Positions 1-8,627 of a stretch of DNA of 44,883 nucleotides are shown piece after piece; positions within the stretch are counted from its first letter, which is position 1, and each line of letters opens with the position of its first letter. The stretch is taken from the sequence record ON210144.1. The stretch is one strand, 5' to 3'. The notes under the pieces are model-generated. The model had not been told where the DNA came from and made no database searches. It was given only the letters and a program-made list of their open reading frames with translations. The translations under genes were made by a program, and so were the position numbers. This DNA comes from Escherichia phage EEc2.

Positions 1-610
1 TCTCGCCCTCGCCCTCGCCGGGTTGTCCCCATAGGGTGGCCTGAGGGAATCCGTCTTCGACGGGCAGGGCTGATGTACTCCTTGTCTAGTACAAGGGAGG
101 CGGAGGGAGCACCTAGGGAGGCCTAGGAATGGCTTAGTGGTGGACAAGGTGATTACCTTAGTGAAGCCTCTTAGTGCATTCCTGAGGCCATTCAGGGCGT
201 TTATGAGGTATTGACAGGGTGGATGGGCGTGGGCTATCTGTTCGTTTCGTTCACTCCGCTTGCGCTACGTTCACTCGCTCACGTGTACCTTAGTTTATTC
301 CTTGATGGATAGCTTAGGTTAGCCTTAGTGGATTACCTTAGTTAAAGCCTTAGTGCTTCACTTAGTATCAGCTTAGTAGTGTACCTTAGTAAGTCTTAGT
401 GTCTTCTCTTAGTGATTGCACATGCAAGCATGTAAGATGCCATTAGGTCGCGGTCGGTAGACCGCTGAGAGTAGGTAATAGTGATAAGATGCAGTAGGAG
501 GAACACCAGAAACCTAGCCAACCTAAGCTATCCTAGCTCTATATCTATTGCTTTTCCTTAGTCTAACACGTTAGACAACCTATCTTATTCTTAGTGATGG
601 TAACTTAGTG

Positions 611-639
611 TTGACAAGATAATCTTAGTGTAATACTAT
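611..639 (+). promoter_or_regulatory. Candidate host sigma70 promoter (TTGACA, 17 bp spacer, TACTAT)
   Basis: Perfect -35 hexamer at 611-616 and 4/6 -10 match at 634-639, upstream of the first early genes. Pattern match only. Confidence 0.3.
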
Positions 640-711
640 GCATCACGTAGGCGGTGCTGAGGCACCTAGTAGCCAGCTAGTAAGGCATACGAAGAGACTA
701 GCGCTTACATT

Positions 712-727
712 GCTCTTTAACAATTTG
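712..727 (+). repeat. Conserved early intergenic box GCTCTTTAACAATTTG, copy 1
   Basis: One of three near-identical 16-mers (712, 1246, 1444), each in an early intergenic gap. Confidence 0.6.
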
Positions 728-782
728 CTTAGTGTAACCTATGTATGCCGTGGTCAATTACTTATTGAATGAGGAATTAACT

Positions 783-965
783 ATGACATTAAACAACCGT
801 GAACTATCCGTTCTCTTCACTCTGTTATGCTATATGATTCGTAACAACGAATTACTTACAGATGACGAACTGGCCTTGTATCACCGCTTTATTAACGAAG
901 GTTGGACCGATACAGTTAACCAGAAACGTGACTTGATGGAGGAGTTAAGCAATGTATCAGCATGA
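783..965 (+). CDS. Hypothetical early protein (60 aa)
   Basis: ATG at 783 has GAGGA 7 nt upstream; the in-frame ATG at 741 used by the ORF track has no SD. No recognisable motif. Confidence 0.45.
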   Translation: MTLNNRELSVLFTLLCYMIRNNELLTDDELALYHRFINEGWTDTVNQKRDLMEELSNVSA

Positions 966-1176
966 GGTTTTCTTTGAGTCAGCTAGTGAAGCTATCCGCT
1001 TCCATGATGATATGATGCAAGCTGGCGTAGGTGTTGATGTGTATCACTATTTGATAGATTACGACACTGAATATCACCGAGTTACCTTAGTATCTGAGTA
1101 TGACAACCAAGTCATTACTGAGTATCTAGGTAGTGAAGATTATGATTACGATGAAGTAATCACGACAAATCTCTAA
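952..1176 (+). CDS. Hypothetical small acidic early protein (74 aa, D/E/Y-rich)
   Basis: ATG with GGAGG 9 nt upstream; 14-nt overlap with previous ORF. Strongly acidic composition. Confidence 0.5.
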   Translation: MYQHEVFFESASEAIRFHDDMMQAGVGVDVYHYLIDYDTEYHRVTLVSEYDNQVITEYLGSEDYDYDEVITTNL

Positions 1177-1184
1177 ATTAACTA

Positions 1185-1213
1185 TTGACAGCCACGGCAT
1201 ACAAGGTTACATT
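1185..1213 (+). promoter_or_regulatory. Candidate host sigma70 promoter (TTGACA, 17 bp spacer, TACATT)
   Basis: Perfect -35 at 1185-1190 and 4/6 -10 at 1208-1213 in an early intergenic region. Confidence 0.3.
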
Positions 1214-1245
1214 AAGCACATAGCCGATAGGCAACGCTCTTTAAC

Positions 1246-1261
1246 AATCTGGTTTGTGTCT
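1246..1261 (+). repeat. Conserved early intergenic box GCTCTTTAACAATCTG, copy 2
   Basis: 15/16 identical to copies 1 and 3; lies between two early ORFs. Confidence 0.6.
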
Positions 1262-1290
1262 TGATAGGCTAACTAACTAAGGTAATTATT

Positions 1291-1401
1291 ATGAAAGGTT
1301 TAATTTGTGTAGAACGTATGGTCAATGGTAAACTTGAAATTTTACCACTGGAAAACCAATCTAGCTTCAAAGAGTGGTATGGCTGTTTCTCACTGATTTA
1401 A
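1291..1401 (+). CDS. Hypothetical small early protein (36 aa)
   Basis: ATG with AAGG upstream; translates MKGLICVERMVNGKLEILPLENQSSFKEWYGCFSLI. Below the ORF-track size cut-off. Confidence 0.3.
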   Translation: MKGLICVERMVNGKLEILPLENQSSFKEWYGCFSLI

Positions 1402-1443
1402 TGTAAAGGCTGGCACTAGTCAGCCTATCAAGGCGCAAACCAA

Positions 1444-1459
1444 GCTCTTTAACAATTTG
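1444..1459 (+). repeat. Conserved early intergenic box GCTCTTTAACAATTTG, copy 3
   Basis: Identical to copy 1; flanked by inverted repeat CCTATC...GATAGG and lies upstream of ocr. Confidence 0.6.
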
Positions 1460-1552
1460 GGTGGTAGCTTCTTAGTCTGGATAGGTTAAACCTAGGAGAT
1501 TCTCTTGAGTCTCCTATAATGTAACCTAACTAACTAAATGAGGATTAATAAC

Positions 1553-1906
1553 ATGGCTATGTCTAATATGACTTACTCTCAGGTTTACAACACCGCTCAT
1601 GCTGCATTAGTTGAACGTATCTGGAATGATGATATTGATTGTATCGATAACGCACATGATGCAATCCATGAGGTAGCGGACAGTGCTGTACCAATCTATT
1701 ATGCTGACATCTTCTCAGTGATGGCGAGTGAAGGTATTGATCACTTCTTCGAAGACTCCGGCCTGATGCCAGATACTAAGGATGTAACGGTCGTACTACA
1801 AGCCCGTATTTATGAACAACTCACCATTGATTTATGGGAACGTGTTCAAGATATGATTGTTGCGTACACCACTTACGCTGAGTATTCAGAAGAAGAGGAA
1901 GAATAA
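1553..1906 (+). CDS. ocr: Ocr-like DNA-mimic anti-restriction protein (T7 gp0.3 homolog)
   Basis: Starts MAMSNMTY and carries HDAIH...[19 protein letters not shown]...[13 protein letters not shown]...[15 protein letters not shown] plus an acidic tail, matching T7 Ocr as I recall it; 117 aa. SD GAGGA upstream of ATG 1553. Confidence 0.9.
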   Translation: MAMSNMTYSQVYNTAHAALVERIWNDDIDCIDNAHDAIHEVADSAVPIYYADIFSVMASEGIDHFFEDSGLMPDTKDVTVVLQARIYEQLTIDLWERVQDMIVAYTTYAEYSEEEEE

Positions 1907-1907
1907 G

Positions 1908-2021
1908 ATGGAAAAGCTATACAACTTCATCTTTTCAGACGGTGTAACCCTGAAGTGTTCCCTACGATTCGCACAAATTCGTGAGGAAGTACTAGGCACT
2001 ACATACAAACTATTTAGCTGA
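1908..2021 (+). CDS. Hypothetical small early protein (37 aa)
   Basis: ATG 2 nt after the ocr stop with GAGGAAG upstream; translates MEKLYNFIFSDGVTLKCSLRFAQIREEVLGTTYKLFS. Confidence 0.3.
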   Translation: MEKLYNFIFSDGVTLKCSLRFAQIREEVLGTTYKLFS

Positions 2022-2032
2022 CACTATAAGAG
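2012..2032 (+). promoter_or_regulatory. Phage-type promoter variant P0 (ATTTAGCTGACACTATAAGAG)
   Basis: 17/21 match to the window consensus; TATAAG replaces TATAGA at the start site. Lies in the early region upstream of the 2098 gene. Confidence 0.45.
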
Positions 2033-2097
2033 AAGGCTTAACAAGGCGTTACTAAGGTAGCGCCTGATTAAACTTTCACTTACTAGGAGTTAAGACT

Positions 2098-2325
2098 ATG
2101 GATTTAGATAGCATCATTATGGCATTTGCTCTTATTGGCTTAAGCTGGTGCTCCTATCACCTTTACCGTGAGTTCTTATTTGATAAAGCTAAACGCAAAC
2201 TAAGAAAGGAAGGCGGTAATTACCTTCGTTTGAGGGGTGGCTTAGTCGAATACATTGCACCTAACGGCAGGGAATGCGCCATTAACAAAGATGCATTTAT
2301 AGAGACGTGGCATTACATCAAGTAA
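2098..2325 (+). CDS. Hypothetical early protein with N-terminal hydrophobic segment (75 aa)
   Basis: ATG with TAGGAG upstream; N-terminus IIMAFALIGLSW is hydrophobic. Confidence 0.5.
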   Translation: MDLDSIIMAFALIGLSWCSYHLYREFLFDKAKRKLRKEGGNYLRLRGGLVEYIAPNGRECAINKDAFIETWHYIK

Positions 2326-2389
2326 CTAGCCTATAGCCTGCCTGCGTGGGCTATGTGATATTTACTTATCATTATATAAGGTGACTATT

Positions 2390-3274
2390 ATGACTACTGA
2401 AAACATCCTCCTGTCTGTCCGTGAAGCTGCAACTGCTGAGATTAAGCAGCATTTGGATAATATCGGCACTTCTTACATCAAAGTTGGCGCTTGTCTGAAT
2501 GAATTGCGCGGTGATTTCGAAGGCCAAAAAGACTTTTTAGCTTATGTAGAATCAGAGTTCGGCATCAAGAAAGCACAATGCTACAAGCTGATGAGTGTAG
2601 CCCGTGTCTTTGAAGGAGACGAACGCTTTAAAGGTGTGGCTATGCGTGTAATGCTGGCACTCGTTCCTTTCGCTGATGAGAATATAATCATGGAGAAGGC
2701 CGCAGAACTCGCCGCAGATGGCAAGCTGGACACTAATGCCGTAAATGCCCTGATTGATCCTAAGAAAGAGACAAAGGCCGAGACGGTACAATCTAAGGCT
2801 GAGGCGGTAAAACCGCAGGAGAACGCGACTGAGTCCGCAGAATTACAGGAAATGCAAGCGCCGCAGGTAGTGCCACCCGCGAGCGAGCAGGAGGCCGACG
2901 AATCAGCACCTTGGGAAGAGGAAAGCAAGCCGGAAGCGCCTAAGGTCGCGCCACTGGATAACACGGCTAACACCGAGAGTGCCGCTATTGCTGGCCTTCT
3001 GGCACAAATTAAAGCACTGACCGAGCAATTACAGGCAGCTAATGACCGCATTGCCTCCTTAAGCAGCGCACGCGAAAGCAAGAAAGCAGCCGCTCCTATG
3101 CTGCCGCAATTCAAATCTTCCTGCTTCTATGCTCGCTTAGGTTTAAGCGCTGAGGAGGCAACGAAGAAAACAGCAGTTAACAAGGCACGCCGCGAACTGG
3201 TTAAGCTAGGATACGGCGAAGGCCATGAAGCATGGCCCTTAATCTCTGAGGCAGTAGAAGAATTAACTAAGTAA
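2390..3274 (+). CDS. Hypothetical early protein (294 aa), at the position of T7 gene 0.7 but with no kinase motifs
   Basis: ATG 2390 with AAGG 8 nt upstream (track start 2381 is GTG). Central Ala/Glu/Pro-rich low-complexity region and a C-terminal coiled-coil-like segment. Confidence 0.6.
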   Translation: MTTENILLSVREAATAEIKQHLDNIGTSYIKVGACLNELRGDFEGQKDFLAYVESEFGIKKAQCYKLMSVARVFEGDERFKGVAMRVMLALVPFADENIIMEKAAELAADGKLDTNAVNALIDPKKETKAETVQSKAEAVKPQENATESAELQEMQAPQVVPPASEQEADESAPWEEESKPEAPKVAPLDNTANTESAAIAGLLAQIKALTEQLQAANDRIASLSSARESKKAAAPMLPQFKSSCFYARLGLSAEEATKKTAVNKARRELVKLGYGEGHEAWPLISEAVEELTK

Positions 3275-3337
3275 CCTTATCGGTGGCATCTTCTTAGGTG
3301 TCACCTATTAAGGTTTCTTTCACTAGGAGTAAACAAG

Positions 3338-5965
3338 ATGCAAGACCTACACGCTATTCAACTTCAACTTGAAGAAGAAATGTTTAACGGCGGTATCCGT
3401 CGCTTTGAAGCGGACCAACAACGCCAGATTGCATCCGGTAATGAATCAGACACGGCATGGAATCGCCGCTTATTGTCCGAGTTAATCGCGCCAATGGCTG
3501 AAGGTATTCAGGCATACAAGGAAGAGTATGAAGGTAAAAGAGGCCGTGCACCGCGTGCATTAGCTTTCATTAACTGCGTAGAAAACGAAGTGGCAGCATA
3601 TATCACGATGAAAATCGTTATGGATATGCTGAACACGGATGTAACCTTGCAGGCTATAGCCATGAATGTAGCTGACCGCATTGAGGACCAAGTACGTTTT
3701 AGCAAGCTGGAAGGTCACGCCGCCAAATACTTTGAGAAAGTTAAGAAGTCACTTAAGGCAAGTAAGACTAAATCATATCGCCATGCGCACAACGTAGCGG
3801 TCGTGGCTGAGAAGTCAGTAGCTGACCGTGACGCTGATTTCTCTCGCTGGGAGGCGTGGCCTAAAGATACCTTGCTACAAATTGGTATGACCTTGCTAGA
3901 AATACTGGAAAATAGTGTATTCTTCAATGGTCAGCCTGTCTTTCTTCGCACCTTGCGCACTAATGGTGGCAAGCATGGCGTTTACTACTTACAGACTAGC
4001 GAACACGTGGGTGAATGGATAACTGCATTTAAAGAGCACGTAGCTCAGCTGAGTCCAGCCTATGCACCTTGCGTTATTCCTCCGCGTCCGTGGGTTTCTC
4101 CGTTTAATGGTGGCTTTCACACCGAGAAGGTGGCAAGTCGCATCCGTCTAGTAAAAGGTAACCGTGAGCACGTCCGTAAGCTGACTAAAAAGCAAATGCC
4201 AGCGGTTTATAAGGCTGTTAATGCATTGCAAGCCACTAAGTGGCAGGTTAACAAGGAAGTATTGCAGGTAGTAGAAGATGTTATTCGTCTAGACCTCGGT
4301 TATGGTGTACCTTCCTTTAAGCCGCTCATTGACCGCGAGAACAAACCAGCTAACCCTGTTCCTCTTGAGTTCCAACACCTGCGAGGCCGTGAACTGAAAG
4401 AGATGCTAACACCGGAGCAATGGCAGGCCTTCATCAACTGGAAGGGTGAATGTACTAAACTGTATACCGCTGAGACTAAGCGCGGCAGCAAGTCGGCGGC
4501 GACCGTCCGCATGGTAGGACAGGCCCGTAAATACAGCCAGTTTGACGCTATTTATTTTGTATATGCACTGGATAGCCGTTCACGCGTTTATGCGCAATCT
4601 AGCACGCTCTCGCCGCAATCAAACGACTTAGGCAAGGCATTGCTCCGTTTTACCGAAGGGCAGCGTCTTGATAGCGCTGAGGCGCTTAAGTGGTTTTTGG
4701 TGAACGGGGCGAATAACTGGGGTTGGGATAAGAAAACTTTTGACGTGCGCACCTCTAACGTGCTGGATGGCGAATTTCAAGACATGTGCCGCGACATTGC
4801 AGCCGATCCGCTGACCTTCACTCAATGGGTAAATGCTGATTCCCCTTACGGCTTCCTTGCATGGTGCTTTGAATATGCGCGTTATCTGGATGCACTGGAT
4901 GAAGGCACGCAAGACCAATTCATGACGCACCTACCCGTCCATCAAGACGGTAGTTGCTCTGGTATCCAGCACTATAGCGCGATGTTACGCGATGAAGTAG
5001 GTGCGAAAGCAGTAAACCTTAAGCCTTCTGACTTCCCTCAAGATATTTATGGCGCGGTTGCGCAGGTTGTTATCCAGAAGAATTACGCCTACATGAATGC
5101 AGACGATGCAGAGACTTTCACATCTGGAAGCGTCACACTTACAGGTGCAGAACTGCGTAGCATGGCTAGTGCGTGGGATATGATAGGAATAACTCGCGGA
5201 TTGACCAAAAAGCCCGTAATGACACTACCTTATGGCAGCACACGTCTAACCTGCCGTGAATCAGTGATTGATTATATCGTTGATTTGGAAGAAAAAGAGG
5301 CCCAACGAGCTATTGCGGAAGGGCGTACCGCCAATCCTGTACACCCTTTTGATAATGACCGTAAGGACAGCCTGACACCTAGCGCAGCTTATAACTATAT
5401 GACAGCTTTAATCTGGCCTTCTATTTCGGAAGTGGTTAAAGCTCCTATAGTGGCAATGAAAATGATTCGTCAGCTTGCCCGTTTCGCAGCTAAAAGGAAT
5501 GAAGGCTTAGAGTATACCTTGCCTACTGGCTTCATCTTGCAACAAAAGATTATGGCTACTGATATGCTCCGCGTATCCACTTGCCTGATGGGAGAAATCA
5601 AGATGAGTCTCCAGATTGAAACGGACGTAGTGGATGAAACGGCTATGATGGGCGCTGCTGCTCCTAACTTTGTGCATGGTCATGATGCCAGTCACCTTAT
5701 CTTAACAGTCTGCGACCTTGTTGATAAAGGGATTACATCTATCGCAGTCATTCATGATTCTTTCGGTACTCACGCAGGCCGTACAGCCGATCTTCGTGAT
5801 AGCTTAAGGGCAGAAATGGTGAAGATGTATCAAGGCCGTAATGCCCTGCAAAGCCTGTTAGATGAGCATGAAGAACGCTGGTTAGTAGACACCGGAATCC
5901 AAGTGCCAGAGCAAGGAGAGTTTGACCTTAACGAAATCTTAGTATCTGACTATTGCTTCGCATAA
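3338..5965 (+). CDS. Single-subunit DNA-directed RNA polymerase (T7 gene 1 type), 875 aa
   Basis: Motifs [13 protein letters not shown] and HDSFGT and a C-terminal ...CFA match the T7/SP6 RNAP family. TAGGAG SD upstream. Confidence 0.97.
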   Translation: MQDLHAIQLQLEEEMFNGGIRRFEADQQRQIASGNESDTAWNRRLLSELIAPMAEGIQAYKEEYEGKRGRAPRALAFINCVENEVAAYITMKIVMDMLNTDVTLQAIAMNVADRIEDQVRFSKLEGHAAKYFEKVKKSLKASKTKSYRHAHNVAVVAEKSVADRDADFSRWEAWPKDTLLQIGMTLLEILENSVFFNGQPVFLRTLRTNGGKHGVYYLQTSEHVGEWITAFKEHVAQLSPAYAPCVIPPRPWVSPFNGGFHTEKVASRIRLVKGNREHVRKLTKKQMPAVYKAVNALQATKWQVNKEVLQVVEDVIRLDLGYGVPSFKPLIDRENKPANPVPLEFQHLRGRELKEMLTPEQWQAFINWKGECTKLYTAETKRGSKSAATVRMVGQARKYSQFDAIYFVYALDSRSRVYAQSSTLSPQSNDLGKALLRFTEGQRLDSAEALKWFLVNGANNWGWDKKTFDVRTSNVLDGEFQDMCRDIAADPLTFTQWVNADSPYGFLAWCFEYARYLDALDEGTQDQFMTHLPVHQDGSCSGIQHYSAMLRDEVGAKAVNLKPSDFPQDIYGAVAQVVIQKNYAYMNADDAETFTSGSVTLTGAELRSMASAWDMIGITRGLTKKPVMTLPYGSTRLTCRESVIDYIVDLEEKEAQRAIAEGRTANPVHPFDNDRKDSLTPSAAYNYMTALIWPSISEVVKAPIVAMKMIRQLARFAAKRNEGLEYTLPTGFILQQKIMATDMLRVSTCLMGEIKMSLQIETDVVDETAMMGAAAPNFVHGHDASHLILTVCDLVDKGITSIAVIHDSFGTHAGRTADLRDSLRAEMVKMYQGRNALQSLLDEHEERWLVDTGIQVPEQGEFDLNEILVSDYCFA

Positions 5966-5973
5966 TATTAATA

Positions 5974-6004
5974 GGCCATTCCTTCGGGAGTGGCCTTTTC
6001 TTTT
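5974..6004 (+). terminator. Rho-independent terminator after the RNAP gene (9-bp stem, UUCG tetraloop, U-run)
   Basis: GGCCATTCC-TTCG-GGAGTGGCC followed by TTTTCTTTT, 9 nt after the RNAP stop. Plausible early terminator for host RNAP. Confidence 0.7.
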
Positions 6005-6038
6005 ACCTACTACCGGTAACATTTCATTAACATAAAGT

Positions 6039-6054
6039 GTCTCACATGTGAGAC
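6039..6054 (+). repeat. Conserved palindrome GTCTCACATGTGAGAC, copy a
   Basis: Perfect 16-bp inverted repeat ending 2 nt upstream of promoter P1. Confidence 0.85.
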
Positions 6055-6056
6055 TT

Positions 6057-6077
6057 ATTTACCGGACACTATAGGAT
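6057..6077 (+). promoter_or_regulatory. Phage promoter P1 (ATTTACCGGACACTATAGGAT)
   Basis: SP6-like core GACACTATAG; predicted +1 G at 6074. First phage promoter after the RNAP gene. Confidence 0.75.
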
Positions 6078-6219
6078 AGCCGTCGGAGACGGGAAAGAAA
6101 GGGAAGATAAAGGATATAAAGGAAGTAATAGGTATTAAAGGTTATATAGGTTATCTAGGAATACCTATTACCTTCTTCCTTCCTCTTATTACCACTTAGA
6201 GGAAGGGCAGATCTAGGTT
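6078..6219 (+). other. Structured purine-rich/AT-rich tract between tandem promoters P1 and P2 (candidate primary replication origin)
   Basis: Purine run GGGAAAGAAAGGGAAGATAAAGGATATAAAGGAAG, imperfect inverted repeat GGAAGTAATAGGTATT / AATACCTATTACCTTCTTCC and small palindrome CCGTCGGAGACGG. Position parallels the T7 origin at phi1.1A/phi1.1B. Confidence 0.45.
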
Positions 6220-6235
6220 GTCTCACATGTGAGAC
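6220..6235 (+). repeat. Conserved palindrome GTCTCACATGTGAGAC, copy b
   Basis: Perfect 16-bp inverted repeat ending 5 nt upstream of promoter P2. Confidence 0.85.
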
Positions 6236-6240
6236 TTCGT

Positions 6241-6261
6241 ATTTACCGGACAGTATAGATA
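6241..6261 (+). promoter_or_regulatory. Phage promoter P2 (ATTTACCGGACAGTATAGATA)
   Basis: Variant core with GTATAG; predicted +1 G at 6258; 31 nt upstream of the gene 1.1-like ORF. Confidence 0.65.
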
Positions 6262-6288
6262 AGACTAACTTACTTTGGAGATTTAACC

Positions 6289-6417
6289 ATGCGTAACTTT
6301 GAGAAGATGACCCGTAAAGCTAACCGTTTTGACATGGAAGAAGGGCAGACGAAAGGCAAGAAGCTGAATAAACCTGTCCGTGACCGTGCATCTAAACGCG
6401 CAGCATGGGAGTTCTGA
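6289..6417 (+). CDS. Small basic protein resembling T7 gene 1.1 product (42 aa)
   Basis: Translates MRNFEKMTRKANRFDMEEGQTKGKKLNKPVRDRASKRAAWEF, matching my recollection of T7 gp1.1, and sits directly after the tandem promoters as in T7. GGAG 8 nt upstream. Confidence 0.55.
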   Translation: MRNFEKMTRKANRFDMEEGQTKGKKLNKPVRDRASKRAAWEF

Positions 6418-6420
6418 GTT

Positions 6421-6639
6421 ATGGCTAAATACAGAATCAAGACCTGTTTAAATAGTCACGGGCAAGAGTTCTACGTAGTGCAACGTAAAGTATTAGGCTT
6501 AATATGGGTCACTTGTATGATGCCTATTGGCTATACTGATACAGAGGCTATCTTCTGCACCGAAAGGGATGCAAAGAAGTTTATCTCTAAGCGTAGAAAA
6601 GCTGACTCTTACCAACCTAGAATTATTAAGGTGAACTAA
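6421..6639 (+). CDS. Hypothetical protein (72 aa)
   Basis: ATG with GGAG upstream; stop overlaps the primase-helicase start by 1 nt. Confidence 0.55.
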   Translation: MAKYRIKTCLNSHGQEFYVVQRKVLGLIWVTCMMPIGYTDTEAIFCTERDAKKFISKRRKADSYQPRIIKVN

Positions 6640-8627
6640 TGGCTATTATTAATAACATCCCGTGCCCTGCCTGCCAGAAGAATGGGCACGATAAATCAGG
6701 CAATCATCTCATGATATTTGATGATGGTGCTGGCTATTGTAACCGTGGTCACTTTCATGATAATGGTAGACCCTACTATCATAAGCCAGAGGGAGGCATC
6801 GAGATAACCGAGTTGCCTATTACTGGCAATATCAAATATACACCTTCTCAATTCAAAGAAATGGAGAAGGAAGGGAAGATAAGCGACCCTAAATTACGTG
6901 CCATCGCACTAGGTGGTATGCGTATGAAAGACCGTTGGGAGGTCATGAATGAGCAAGAAAGGGCAGACCAAGGAGCAGAGTGGAAACTTGATGTTGAATG
7001 GTTCCTCACGCTTAAGCGTAAGAACCTTGTTTCCCGACACATTCGCGGCGACATTTGCGCATTGTATGATGTACGTGTCGGACACGATGAAGAGGGTAGA
7101 GTCTCGCGGCATTACTATCCACGCTTCGAGAAAGGTGAGCTAGTAGGAGCTAAGTGTCGTACCTTACCTAAAGATTTCAAGTTTGGACACTTAGGTAAAC
7201 TCTTTGGTATGCAAGATCTTTTCGGTATGAATACTTTGTCTCACGTGTTAGACAAGGGGAGACGAAAGGATTGCTTGCTTATTGTAGGCGGTGAACTTGA
7301 TGCACTAGCAGCGCAGCAGATGCTCCTTGATTCTGCCAAAGGTACTAAGTGGGAAGGTCAGCCATACCATGTATGGTCTGTCAATAAAGGTGAGTCTTGC
7401 CTTGAAGAGATAGTGCAAAACCGTGAGCACATAGCCCAATTCAAGAAGATTATATGGGGCTTTGATGGCGACGAGGTGGGGCAGAAGCAGAACCAACAAG
7501 CTGCTCGCCTGTTTCCTGGCAAATCCTACATCCTCGAATATCCATCTGGTTGCAAAGATGCTAACAAGGCATTGATGGCTGGCAAGGCTAAAGAGTTTGT
7601 AGATGCATGGTTTAATGCCAAGTCATCTGATGAAGTCTTTGGTAGCCAGATTAAATCTATCGCATCTCAAAGGGATAAGCTCAAGGCTGCACGTCCAGAG
7701 CAAGGACTATCATGGCCTTGGCCTAAGCTGAACAAGGTAACGCTAGGTATTCGTAAGAACCAACTTATCATTGTAGGCGCAGGCTCTGGTGTAGGTAAGA
7801 CTGAGTTCCTTCGTGAAGTAGTTAAGCACCTCATTGAAGAACACGGTGAATCTGTAGGCATCATTTCTACAGAAGACCCGATGGTCAAGGTGTCCCGTGC
7901 TTTTATCGGCAAGTGGATTGATAAGCGTATTGAGTTACCGCCAACCAACGACCCGAAAGAAGATGGATACCGTGAGGTGTTCGACTACACCGAGGAAGAG
8001 GCTAACGCCGCCATTGATTATGTAGCTGATACAGGTAAGCTGTTTGTAGCTGACCTAGAGGGTGACTATTCGATGGAAAAGGTAGAGCAAACTTGCCTAG
8101 AGTTTGAGGCTATGGGCATTTCTAATATCATCATTGATAACTTAACGGGGATTAAATTAGATGAGCGTGCTTTTGGTGGGAAGGTTGGTGCACTTGATGA
8201 ATGCGTCAAGCGGATTGGTACTATCAAAGACCGACACCCGGTTACTATATTCCTTGTATCACACCTTACACGTCCTCCGGCAAACCGTACCCAACACGAA
8301 GAAGGTGGCGAGGTTATCCTTTCTGACTTCCGAGGTTCAGGCGCTATCGGATTCTGGGCATCTTACGCCTTGGGGATTGAGCGTAATACAAGAGCTGAAA
8401 CGCTTGATGAACGGACTACCACGTACATCTCATGTGTCAAAGACCGCGACCAAGGTATCTACACTGGAACCAAGGTCATGCTTAAGGGTGACATTCAAAC
8501 CGGACGTTTAATGGAACCACAAGCCCGTACTAAGTCATTTGATACAGGTGAAGCAAGGCAACAAGAAGTGCCGGATTTACCGGACACTATAGAAGAGACA
8601 ACTTTTGACGATGAACAGGAGTTTTAA
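6639..8627 (+). CDS. DNA primase/helicase (T7 gp4-like), 662 aa
   Basis: N-terminal Cys4 zinc ribbon CPACQ...CNRGH, Walker A GAGSGVGKTEF, acidic C-terminus ending DDEQEF. Confidence 0.95.
   Translation: MAIINNIPCPACQKNGHDKSGNHLMIFDDGAGYCNRGHFHDNGRPYYHKPEGGIEITELPITGNIKYTPSQFKEMEKEGKISDPKLRAIALGGMRMKDRWEVMNEQERADQGAEWKLDVEWFLTLKRKNLVSRHIRGDICALYDVRVGHDEEGRVSRHYYPRFEKGELVGAKCRTLPKDFKFGHLGKLFGMQDLFGMNTLSHVLDKGRRKDCLLIVGGELDALAAQQMLLDSAKGTKWEGQPYHVWSVNKGESCLEEIVQNREHIAQFKKIIWGFDGDEVGQKQNQQAARLFPGKSYILEYPSGCKDANKALMAGKAKEFVDAWFNAKSSDEVFGSQIKSIASQRDKLKAARPEQGLSWPWPKLNKVTLGIRKNQLIIVGAGSGVGKTEFLREVVKHLIEEHGESVGIISTEDPMVKVSRAFIGKWIDKRIELPPTNDPKEDGYREVFDYTEEEANAAIDYVADTGKLFVADLEGDYSMEKVEQTCLEFEAMGISNIIIDNLTGIKLDERAFGGKVGALDECVKRIGTIKDRHPVTIFLVSHLTRPPANRTQHEEGGEVILSDFRGSGAIGFWASYALGIERNTRAETLDERTTTYISCVKDRDQGIYTGTKVMLKGDIQTGRLMEPQARTKSFDTGEARQQEVPDLPDTIEETTFDDEQEF

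Larger units (their letters stand above)
133..734 (+). repeat. Left-end array of 17 copies of CTTAGT(G), eight of them phased about 12 bp apart between 324 and 414
   Basis: Hexamer starts at 133,157,170,289,324,337,349,361,372,385,395,408,557,590,604,624,728; about 0.15 copies expected by chance in 600 bp. No ORF with an RBS in 1..740. Confidence 0.8.

Noticed and set aside
133-734. Possibility that the left-end repeat array is a CRISPR array
   Set aside because: The repeat unit is only 6-7 bp with 5-20 bp irregular spacers, far below CRISPR repeat length, and there are no cas genes; this is a short-motif array.
1538-1552. Five-codon N-terminal extension of ocr (MRINN) and similar upstream extensions at 741, 2381, 8855, 10263, 24802, 25524, 27917, 36445, 40730
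   Set aside because: These track starts are GTG/TTG or ATG codons without a Shine-Dalgarno sequence; an ATG with a properly spaced SD lies just downstream in each case.
2581-3114. 177-aa minus-strand ORF and other shorter minus-strand ORFs in the track
   Set aside because: All are antisense to + strand genes with better translation signals, and their Ala/Ser-rich translations reflect the complement of GC-rich coding sequence.
2390-3274. T7 gp0.7-like protein kinase at the position before the RNAP gene
   Set aside because: The protein has no kinase motifs that I can recognise (no Gly-rich loop, no catalytic HRD/DFG-like blocks); left as hypothetical.
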